From Octopus sinensis (taxonomy: Eukaryota), in NCBI RefSeq assembly GCF_006345805.1, contig NW_021833228.1:124001-188000 (forward strand): DNA of 64,000 bases, given 5' to 3'. This document shows positions 11,231 to 22,848 of this stretch, in pieces. The notes beneath the pieces are model-generated. The model searched no databases. It was not told the DNA's origin and saw only the letters and a list, made by a program, of their open reading frames with translations. Both the position numbers and the translations under genes were made by a program. How positions within the stretch are numbered: position 1 is the stretch's first letter; every line of letters begins with the position of its first letter.

Positions 11231-14200
11231 GTCAAAAGAAAACATTATTTGGATCTTTCCCTTTTGATAGACAGATTTCAACACAATTTCTATTTAACTA
11301 AACACTTTTAAACTTCGTATACTGGTAGAATGTGTCAAAAGAAAACATTATTTGGATCTTTTCCTTTTGAACGGCAGTTTTCAACACGATTTCTAGTTAA
11401 CTAAACACTTTTAAAACTTCGTATACTGGAAGAATGTGTCAAAAAACACATTATTTGGATCTTTTCCTTTTGATAGACAGATTTCAACACAATTTCTAGT
11501 TAACTAAACACTTTTAAACTTCGTATACTGGTAGGATGTGTCGAAAGAAAACATTATTTGGATCTTTTCCTTTTGAACGGCAGTTTTCAACACAATTTCT
11601 AGTTAACTAAACACTTTTAAACTTCGTATACTGGTAGAATGTGTCGAAAGAAAACATTATTTGAATCTTTCCCTTTTGATAGACAGATTTCAACACAATT
11701 TCTAGTTAACTAAACACTTTCAAACTTCGTATACTGGTAGAATGTGTCAAAAAACAACATTATTTGGATCTTTTCCTTTTGATAGACAGATTTCAACACA
11801 ATTTCTAGTTAACTAAACACTTTTAAACTTCGTATACTGGTAGGATGTGTCGAAAGAAAACATTATTTGGATCTTTTCCTTTTGAACGGCAGTTCTCAAC
11901 ACAATTTCTAGTTAACTAAACACTTTTAAACTTCGTATACTGGTAGAATGTGTCAAAAGACAACGTTATTTGGATCTTTTCCTTTTGATAGACAGATTTC
12001 AACACAATTTCTAGTTAACTAAACACTTTAAAACTTCGTATACTGGTAGTAGAATGTGTCAAAAGACAACATTATTTGGATCTTTTCCTTTTGATAGACA
12101 GATTTCAACACAATTTCTAGTTAACTAAACACTTTAAAACTTCGTATACTGGTAGAATGTGTCAAAAGACAACATTATTTGGATCTTTTCCTTTTGATAG
12201 ACAGATTTCAACACAATTTCTAGTTACTAAACACTTTTAAACTTCGTATACTGGTAGAATAGAATGTGTCAAAAGAAAACATTATTTGGATCTTTTCCTT
12301 TTGATAGACAGATTTCAACACAATTTCGAGTTAACTAAACACTTTTAAACTTCGTATACTGGTAGAATGTGTCAAAAGAAAACATTATTTGGATCTTTTC
12401 CTTTTGATAGACAGATTTCAACACAATTTCTAGTTAACTAAACACTTTTAAACTTCGTATACTGGTAGAATGTGTCAAAAGACAACATTATTTGGATCTT
12501 TTCCTTTTGATAGACAGATTTCAACACAATTTCGAGTTAACTAAACGCTTTTAAACTTCGTATACTGGTAGAATGTGTCAAAAGAAAACATTACTTGCAT
12601 CTTTTCCTTTTGATAGACAGATTTCAACACAATTTCTAGTTAACTAAACACTTTTAAACTTCGTATACTGGTAGAATGTGTCGAAAGAAAACATTATTTG
12701 GATCTTTCCCTTTTGATAGACAGATTTCAACACAATTTCTAGTTAACTAAACACTTTTAAACTTCGTATACTGGTAGAATGTGTCAAAAGACAACATTAT
12801 TTGGATCTTTTCCTTTTGATAGACAGATTTCAACACAATTTCGAGTTAACTAAACACTTTTAAACTTCGTATACTGGTAGGATGTGTAGAAAGACAACAT
12901 TATTTGGATCTTTTCCTTTTGATAGACAGATTTCAACACAATTTCTAGTTAACTAAACACTTTTAAACTTCGTATACTGGTAGAATGTGTCAAAAGACAA
13001 CATTATTTGGATCTTTTCCTTTTGATAGATAGATTTCAACACAATTTCGAGTTAACTAAACACTTTAAACTTCGTATACTGGTAGGATGTGTCGAAAGAA
13101 AACATTATTTGGATCTTTCCCTTTTGATAGACAGATTTCAACACAATTCTAGTTAACTAAACACTTTTAAAACTTCGTATACTGTAGAATGTGTCAAAAG
13201 ACAACATTATTTGGATCTTTTCCTTTTGATAGACAGATTTCAACACAATTTCTAGTTAACTAAACACTTTTAAACTTCGTATACTGGTAGGTAGGATGTG
13301 TCGAAAGAAGACATTATTTGGATCTTTTCCTTTTGATAGACAGATTTCAACACAATTTCTAGTTAACTAAATACTTTAAAACTTCGTATACTGGTAGAAT
13401 GTGTCAAAAGACAACATTATTTGGATCTTTTCCTTTTGATAGACAGATTTCACAACACAATTTCTAGTTAACTAAAACTTTTAAACTTCGTATATACTGG
13501 TAGAATGTGTCAAAAGACAACATTATTTGGATCTTTTCCTTTTGATAGACAGATTTCAACACAATTTCTAGTTAACTAAACACTTTTAAACTTCGTATAC
13601 TGGTAGAATGTGTCGAAAGAAAACATTATTTGGATCTTTCCCTTTTGATAGACAGATTTCAACACAATTTCTAGTTAACTAAACACTTTTAAACTTCGTA
13701 TACTGGTAGAATGTGTCAAAAGACAACATTATTTGGATCTTTTCCTTTTGATAGACAGATTTCAACACAATTTCTAGTTAACTAAACACTTTTAAACTTC
13801 GTATACTGGTAGAATGTGTCAAAAGACAACATTATTTGGATCTTATCCTTTTGATAGACAGATTTCAACACAATTTCGAGTTAACTAAACACTTTTAAAC
13901 TTCGTATACTGGTAGGATGTGTCGAAAGAAAACATTATTTGCATCTTTCCCTTTTGATAGACAGATTTCAACACATTTCTAGTTAACTAAACACTTTTAA
14001 AACTTCGTATACTGGTAGAATGTGTCGAAAGAAAACATTATTGGATCTTTCCCTTTTGATAGACAGATTTCAACACAATTTCGAGTTAGCTAAACACTTT
14101 TAAACTTCGTATACTGGTAGGATGTGTCGAAAGAAAACATTATTTGGATCTTTCCCTTTTGATAGACAGATTTCAACACAATTTCTAGTTAACTAAACAC

Positions 14201-17200
14201 TTTTAAAAAAACTTCGTATACTGGTAGAATGTGTCAAAAGACAACATTATTTGGATCTTTTCCTTTTGATAGACAGATTTCAACACAATTTCTAGTTACT
14301 AAACACTTTTAAACTTCGTATACTGGTAGATGTGTCAAAAGACAACATTATTTGGATCTTTTCCTTTTGATAGACAGATTTCAACACAATTTCTAGTTAC
14401 TAAACACTTTAAACTTCGTATACTGGTAGAATGTGTCAAAAGACAACATTATTTGGATCTTTTTCCTTTTGATAGACAGATTTCACACAATTTCTAGTTA
14501 ACTAAACACTTTTAAACTTCGTATACTGGTAGAATGTGTCAAAAGACAACATTATTTGGATCTTTTCCTTTTGATAGACAGATTTCAACACAATTTCTAG
14601 TTAACTAAACACTTTTAAACTTCGTATACTAGTAGAATGTGTTGAAAGAAAACATTATTTGAATCTTTCCCTTTGATAGACAATTTCAACACAATTTCTA
14701 GTTAACTAAATACTTTTAAACTTCGTATACTGGTAGGATGTGTCGAAAGAAAACATTATTTGGATCTTTCCCTTTTGATAGACAGATTTCACAACACAAT
14801 TTCTAGTTAACTAAACACTTTTAAACTTCGTATACTTGTAGAATGTGTCGAAAGAAAACATTATTTGGATCTTTTCCTTTTGAACGGCTGTTTTCAACAC
14901 AATTTCTAGTTAACTAAACACTTTTAAACTTCGTATACTGGTAGAATGTGTCAAAAGACAACATTATTTGGATCTTTTCCTTTTGATAGACAGATTTCAA
15001 CACAATTTCTAGTTAACTAAACACTTTTAAACTTCGTATACTGGTAGAATGTGTCGAAAGAAAACATTATTTGGATCTTTCCCTTTTGATAGACAGATTT
15101 CAACACAATTTCTAGTTAACTAAACACTTTTAAACATCGTATACTGGTAGAATGTGTCAAAAGACAACATTATTTGGATCTTTTCCTTTTGATAGACAGA
15201 TTTCAACACAATTTCTAGTTAACTAAACACTTTTAAACTTCGTATACTGGTAGAATGTGTCAAAAGACAACATTATTTGGATCTTTTCCTTTTGATAGAC
15301 AGATTTCAACACAATTTCTAGTTAACTAAACACTTTAAACTTTCGTATACTGGTAGAATGTGTCAAAAGACAACATTATTTGGATCTTTTCCTTTTGATA
15401 GACAGATTTCACACAACACAATTTCTAGTTAACTAAACACTTTTAAACTTCGTATACTGGTAGAATGTGTCAAAAGACAACATTATTTGGATCTTTTCCT
15501 TTTGATAGACAGATTTCAACACAATTTCTAGTTAACTAAACACTTTAAAACTTCGTATACTGGTAGAATGTGTCAAAAGACAACATTATTTGGATCTTTT
15601 CCTTTTGATAGACAGATTCAACACAATTTCGAGTTAACTAAACACTTTTAAAACTTCGTATACTGGTAGAATGTGTCAAAAGAAAACATTATTTGGATCT
15701 TTTCCTTTTGATAGACAGATTTCAACACAATTTCGAGTTAACTAAAACTTTTAAACTTCGTATATACTGGTAGAATGTGTCAAAAGAAAACATTATTTGG
15801 ATCTTTTTCCTTTTGATAGACAGATTTCAACACAATTTCTAGTTAACTAAACACTTTAAACTTCGTATACTGGTAGAATGTGTCAAAAGACAACATTATT
15901 TGGATCTTTTCCTTTTGATAGACAGATTTCACACACAATTTCGAGTTAACTAAACGCTTTTAAACTTCGTATACTGGAAGAATGTGTCAAAAGAAAACAT
16001 TACTTGCATCTTTTCCTTTTGATAGACAGATTTCAACACAATTTCTAGTTAACTAAACACTTTTAAACTTCGTATACTGGTAGAATGTGTCAAAAGACAA
16101 CATTATTTGGATCTTTTCCTTTTGATAGACAGATTTCAACACAATTTCTAGTTAACTAAACACTTTTAAACTTCGTGTACTGGTAGAATGTGTCAAAAAA
16201 CAACATCATTTGGATCTTTTCCTTTTGATAGACAAATTTCAACACAATTTCTAGTAAACTAAACACATTTAAACTTCGTATACTGGTAGAATGTGTCGAA
16301 AGAAAACATTATTTGGATCTTTCCCTTTTGATAGACAGATTTCAACACAATTTCTAGTTAACTAAACACTTTTAAACTTCGTATATACTGGTAGAATGTG
16401 TCAAAAGACAACATTATTTGGATCTTTTCCTTTTGATAGACAGATTTCAACACAATTTCGAGTTAACTAAACACTTTTAAACTTCGTATACTGGTAGAAT
16501 GTGTCGAAAGAAAACATTATTTGGATCTTTTCCTTTTGATAGACAGATTTCAACACAATTTCTAGTTAACTAAACACTTTTAAACTTCGTATACTGGTAG
16601 AATGTGTCAAAAGACAACATTATTGGATCTTTTCCTTTTGATAGATAGATTTCAACACAATTTCGAGTTAACTAAACACTTTTAAACTTCGTATACTGGT
16701 AGGATGTGTCGAAAGAAAACATTATTTGGATCTTTTCCTTTTGATAGACAGATTTCAACACAATTTCGAGTTAACTAAACGCTTTTAAACTTCGTATACT
16801 GGTAGAATGTGTCAAAAGAAAACATTACTTGCATCTTTTCCTTTTGATAGACAGATTTCAACACAATTTCTAGTTAACTAAACACTTTTAAACTTCGTAT
16901 ACTGGTAGAATGTGTCAAAAGACAACATTATTTGGATCTTTTCCTTTTGATAGACAGATTTCAACACAATTTCTAGTTAACTAAACACTTTTAAACTTCG
17001 TATACTGGTAGAATGTGTCAAAAAACAACATTATTTGGATCTTTTCCTTTTGATAGACAAATTTCAACACAATTTCTAGTAAACTAAACACATTTAAACT
17101 TCGTATACTGGTAGAATGTGTCGAAAGAAAACATTATTTGGATCTTTCCCTTTTGATAGACAGATTTCAACACAATTTCTAGTTAACTAAACACTTTTAA

Positions 17201-18860
17201 ACTTCGTATACTGGTAGAATGTGTCAAAAGACAACATTATTTGGATCTTTTCCTCTTGATAGACAGATTTCAACACAATTTCGAGTTAACTAAACACTTT
17301 TAAACTTCGTATACTGGTAGGATGTGTAGAAAGACAACATTATTTGGATCTTTTCTTTTGATAGACAGATTTCAACACAATTTCTAGTTAACTAAACACT
17401 TTTAAACTTCGTATACTGGTAGAAGAATGTGTCAAAAGACAACATTATTTGGATCTTTTCCTTTTGATAGACAGATTTCAACACAATTTCGAGTTAACTA
17501 AACACTTTTAAAACTTCGTATACTGGTAGGATGTGTCGAAAGAAAACATTATTTGGATCTTTCCCTTTTGATAGACAGATTTCAACACAATTTCTAGTTA
17601 ACTAAACACTTTTAAACTTCGTATACTGGTGTAGAATGTGTCAAAAGACAACATTATTTGGATCTTTTCCTTTTGATAGACAGATTTCAACACAATTTCT
17701 AGTTAACTAAACACTTTTAAACTTCGTATACTGGTAGGATGTGTCGAAAGAAGACATTATTTGGATCTTTTCCTTTTGATAGACAGATTTCAACACAATT
17801 TCTAGTTAACTAAACACTTTAAAACTTCGTATACTGGTAGAATGTGTCAAAAGACAACATTATTTGGATCTTTTCCTTTTGATAGACAGATTTCAACACA
17901 ATTTCTAGTTAACTAAACACTTTTAAACTTCGTATACTGGTAGAATGTGTCAAAAGACAACATTATTTGGATCTTTTCCTTTTGATAGACAGATTTCAAC
18001 ACAATTTCTAGTTAACTAAACACTTTTAAACTTCGTATACTGGTAGAATGTGTCGAAAGAAAACATTATTTGGATCTTTCCCTTTTGATAGACAGATTTC
18101 AACACAATTTCTAGTTAACTAAACACTTTTAAACTTCGTATACTGGTAGGATGTGTCGAAAGAAAACATTATTTGGATCTTTTCCTTTTGATAGACAGAT
18201 TTCAACACAATTTCTAGTTAACTAAACACTTTTAAACTTCGTATACTGGTAGAATGTGTCAAAAGACAACATTATTTGGATCTTATCCTTTTGATAGACA
18301 GATTTCAACACAATTTCGAGTTAACTAAACACTTTTAAACTTCGTATACTGGTAGGATGTGTCGAAAGAAAACATTATTTGCATCTTTCCCTTTTGATAG
18401 ACAGATTTCAACACATTTCTAGTTAACTAAACACTTTTAAAACTTCGTATACTGTAGAATGTGTCGAAAGAAAACATTATTTGGATCTTTCCCTTTTGAT
18501 AGACAGATTTCAACACAATTTCGAGTTAACTAAACACTTTTAAACTTCGTATACTGGTAGGATGTGTCGAAAGAAAACATTATTTGGATCTTTCCCTTTT
18601 GATAGACAGATTTCAACACAATTTCTAGTTAACTAAACACTTTAAAACTTCGTATACTGGTAGAATGTGTCAAAAGACAACATTATTTGGATCTTTTCCT
18701 TTTGATAGACAGATTTCAACACAATTTCTAGTTAACTAAACACTTTTAAACTTCGTATACTGGTAGAATGTGTCAAAAGACAACATTATTTGGATCTTTT
18801 CTTTTGATAGACAGATTTCAACACAATTTCTAGTTAACTAAACACTTTTAAACTTCGTAT
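11231..18860. repeat. 103-bp satellite, segment 3 (~74 monomers)
   Basis: Continuous head-to-tail monomers. Confidence 0.97.
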
Positions 18861-18930
18861 TTATAGCTCCTTATCGTCCACGCTTCTCCCATAGGTTAGG
18901 CAAAATTTAGGTATTTATTTATAGCTACTA
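18859..18930 (+). repeat. 72-bp direct repeat, copy 1 (second copy 19470-19541; also 26725-26796 and ~27336-27407)
   Basis: ATTTATAGCTCCTTATCGTCCACGCTTCTCCCATAGGTTAGGCAAAATTTAGGTATTTATTTATAGCTACTA is repeated exactly with a 611-bp period. Confidence 0.95.
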
Positions 18931-19740
18931 ATAACTATTTCTCTCCCAAGGAAGGAAGAAATGGCTGCCGGCCGATTCTTGGTGGGCCACGACCCCCCCG
19001 TTCCTCTTCAATTGTCTTATATCTCTTTCGATCGCCATTCGCCCCCCCCCCTTTCTCTGCCACCTTATATGCATATAAACCAGCGACTGATTTCAACGGC
19101 CTCACTTGAATTCAGACTGGTATCCGACTCCCTACGAAAATACGAAATACGAAATATGAATCCAAGCTAAGCAATCTATATTTAATTTCAACCCGTGTAC
19201 CTACTTAACTATCTGCAACTGATCTGATCTTTTAGTTAGCCCTGTTTTATCTCTATTAGTATTATTGTTATGACTTGTGAAATTTAGCCTCACGCCTTGT
19301 GTCTTTTTTATATGTACATATAATTCTAATTCTATAGTTCATCTTAATTATATATCGTTGTCTCATGTCTTGTGTTAAATATATATTTAATCTTAAAGCT
19401 TGCCCCTAATTTTATTTTATTTTATCGATCAGTCTCACGCCTCGTAGATATAGAATAAATGTATTTATAATTTATAGCTCCTTATCGTCCACGCTTCTCC
19501 CATAGGTTAGGCAAAATTTAGGTATTTATTTATAGCTACTAGCCCGGTTTTCGCGGTGCACCCGCCCTCCCACCCCCACCACCGGTACAGGAAGTCCTAA
19601 ATTTTTCTCATCCTTGTCTCCCTTATACACTCAAAGTCTTACGCCACCCCCACCTCCTTCCATAAAAGGTAGTGTTCAGTCATTGCAAGATATGTTTAGT
19701 GTTGTATACGAGGTTTGAACTTAAGTTCCATTGTTTGTCT

Positions 19741-22700
19741 ATGAATACTGCCAAACGCGAGTTTTCTTTTCAGGTACATGACGCTATTAGGACCAATACC
19801 ACTTCCACCCCCACCCACAGCCTCAGGGTTGGCACCCTCAACGTCGGCACACTGAAAGGCAGATCTGGCGAGATAGTTGAATTGCTTGAACGGAGGTGGG
19901 TTGATATATGCTGCATTCAAGAAGTGAGGTGGAGAGGAGGTTCTGCTAGGTTCCTCACAGGCAAAGGACAGAGGTACAAGATTTTTTGGGCTGGGAATAC
20001 TGACGGAGTCGGGGGTGTGGGCATGCTTATCGCCGAAAAATGGGTAGATAAGGTAATCGAGGTAGTCAGAGTAAGTGACAGAATAATTAAGATTAGATTA
20101 GTGCTCCACCATAGTTTAGCAACTATTATATCGGCCTATGCCCCTCAGCCAGGGCTACCTGATGGACAGAAAGACTGTTTCTATGACACCCTACTGCAGA
20201 CCACATCATTGACGAACGACAGGGACCTTCTCTTTGTGGCTGGTGACTTCAATGGGCATGTTGGACGACGTGCTGGGGGCTTCCATGGCGTGCATGGAGG
20301 CTACGGTTATGGTTCCCGCAACGAGGAGGGAACCAGGCTGCTGGAGTTCTGCGATGCGAATAGTCTTATGATTTGCAACACTAACTTCAGGAAACCGACA
20401 AGCCACCTGGTCACCTACCGATCGGGCGGCATACTAGCCAAATCGACTACATCCTTGCCAGAAAAAGGGAAAGATGGCTGCTTATAAATGCCAAAACCTT
20501 CCCAAGTGAAGAATGCACCCCACAACATAGACTGGTAGTTAGTGACTTTAGGATCAGGACTAAGAGGGCGACTAGAAGACGACCAACATGGAGAAGAAGG
20601 GTCTGGAAGCTTAAAGACCCTGCGAATGGACAGAGATTTAGAGATATGTTATTTGAAGCTTTAGACGAAATGGAAGGGAGTATAGCTACGCATGGGGTAG
20701 AAGACAACTGGACGCTTCTGAGGGACAACCTGCTGAAAGCCGCTGACCAGATCTGTGGCTGGTGCAAAGTCCCCTTAAGACCCAAAATAACGTGGTGGTG
20801 GAACAATATTGTTGACAGGGCTATTAGACAAAAGAAACAGGCTTGGAAGGCCTGGAAGAACGGTGGTAGCAGGGAAGTGTATCAGTCTGCCAGAAGGGAA
20901 GCCAGGAGACAGGTCTATCTAGCCAGAGGGGAAGCAGAGAAGGAAAAATTTGCCAATGTCCTGCGTCGTGAGGATGAAAGACTTGAGGTATTTCGTGTTG
21001 CAAGACAGTGTGTGAGAGAGAATCGTGACGTGGTAGGAGAGAAATGTGTTCGCAAGGAGGACGGTTCACTTGCACTTAATGAGGGTGCAAAGAGAGAGAC
21101 TTGGAGACGCCACTATGATAGGTTGCTGAATGAAGAAAATGAATGGGATAAAGAGAGTCTGCCGAATGTCGACCCAACAGAGGGACCAGCAATCCGAGTT
21201 AACAGTTCCTTAGTAGATAAGGCAATTAGAAGCATGAAAACAGGAAAGCCCCAGGCCCATCAGGAATTACTGCAGAGATGCTCAAAATATCTGGTGGTGT
21301 CGGCTATAGCTTAGTCACCCGTATAGTTAACCAGGTGATACACGAGGGGGTCATACCCAATGACTGGTGTAGCAGCATAATAGTCAACTGCTACAAAGGT
21401 AAAGGCGACGCCCTAGAGACAAATAACTACAGGGGCATCAAGCTGCTGGATCAGGTAATGAAGGTTACGGAGAGGGTTGTAGCCGAACTAATTAGAGAGA
21501 GAGTTACCTTAGATGATATGCAGTTTGGGTTCGTGCCAGGGAAAAGTACTACTGATGCTATATTCCTGGTAAGACAGCTGCAGGAGAAATACCTAGCCAA
21601 AGATAAGCCCTTGTACCTGGCTTTTGTTGACTTGGAGAAAGCCTTTGACAGGGTCCCCCGTCCCTTATCTGGTGGTCAATGAGGAAACTAGGGATAGAAG
21701 AATGGTTGGTGAGAGCTGTGCAAGCCATGTACAGAGACGCTGCTAGTAAGGTGAGGGTGGGCAACGAGTACAGTGAAGAATTCCGGGTAGAGGTTGGGGT
21801 CCACCAAGGTTCAGTCCTCAGTCCCCTCCTATTTATCATAGTCCTCCAGGCAATAACGGAGGAATTCAAGACAGGTTGCCCCTGGGAGCTCCTCTATGCT
21901 GATGACCTTGCTCTAATTGCTGAGTCACTATCAGAACTGGAGGAGAAGTTCCAGGTGTGGAAACAAGGATTAGAATCGAAGGGCCTTAGAATCAACCTAG
22001 CCAAAACCAAAGTTCTAATAAGTAGGAAGGTAGATCAATCACAAACGCCTTCAGGTAGATGGCCCTGCTCGATCTGTAAAAAAGGTGTAGGTAGAAACTC
22101 TATAAGATGCACCAAGTGTAAGCTATGGACACATAAGAGGTGCAGCAATGTCAAAGGAAGGCTAACTAGGAAAATAGTTTTTGTCTGTGGCAAATGCTCA
22201 GGAGCAATAAACACTGGAAATATGCAGAGACCAACTTCTGCCACGTTCCAGGGAGACAAACTAGAAGTAGTTGATAGCTTCCGCTACCTAGGAGACCAAG
22301 TCAGTAGCGGGGGTGGGTGTGCTGAAAGTGTAACTGCTAGAGTAAGAATAGCCTGGGCAAAGTTTAGAGAGCTCTTACCCCTGCTGGTGACAAAAGGCCT
22401 CTCGCTCAGAGTAAAAGGCAGACTGTATGATGCATGTGTACGTACAGCCATGCTACATGGTAGTGAAACATGGGCCGTGACTGCTGAGGATATGCGTAAG
22501 CTCGCAAGAAATGAAGCCAGTATGCTCCGATGGATGTGTAATGTCAGTGTTCATAATCGTCAGAGTGTAAGTTCCTTGAGAGAAAAGCTGAACCTAAGAA
22601 GCGTCAGTTGTGGCGTGCAAGAGAGACGGCTGCGCTGGTATGGTCATGTGACAAGAAAGGCTGAAGATAGTTGTGTGCAAAAGTGCTACACCCTAGCAGT

Positions 22701-22848
22701 GGAGGGAACCTGTGGAAGAGGTAGACCCAGGAAAACCTGGGACGAGGTGGTGAAGCACGACCTTCGAACTTTAGGTCTCACTAAGGAAATGTCTAGAGAC
22801 CGAGACCTATGGAAGTATGCTGTGCATGAGAAGACCCGGCAAGACTAG
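19741..22848 (+). CDS. RTE polyprotein (APE endonuclease + reverse transcriptase with inserted PHD-type finger), copy A; three 1-bp frameshifts as assembled
   Basis: EN motifs TLNVGT, IQEVRW, SAYAP, GDFNG, IDY, QHRL. RT motifs DLEKAFD, GVHQGSVLSP, YADD, FRYLG. Track ORFs 19672..20487, 20646..21314, 21278..21682, 21679..22848. Frameshifts near 20427, 21243 and 21660. The start ATG is inferred. Confidence 0.85.

Noticed and set aside
18875-18890. TCCACGC as the L3 loop of an HDV-like ribozyme (known at RTE 5' ends)
   Set aside because: Flanking bases (TCG/TTC) cannot form P3 and I found no P1/P2 pairing. No CTGANGA hammerhead core was seen in the leader either. A covariance-model search would be the proper test.
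19761-19775. TTTTCTTTTCAG|G as a splice acceptor in the LINE 5' region
   Set aside because: It lies in frame within the ORF after the inferred ATG, only a weak upstream donor exists, and there is no transcript evidence.
19696-22259. Antisense ORFs within the LINE coding region
   Set aside because: Short shadows of the sense ORF; boundaries change with single indels between copies A and B.
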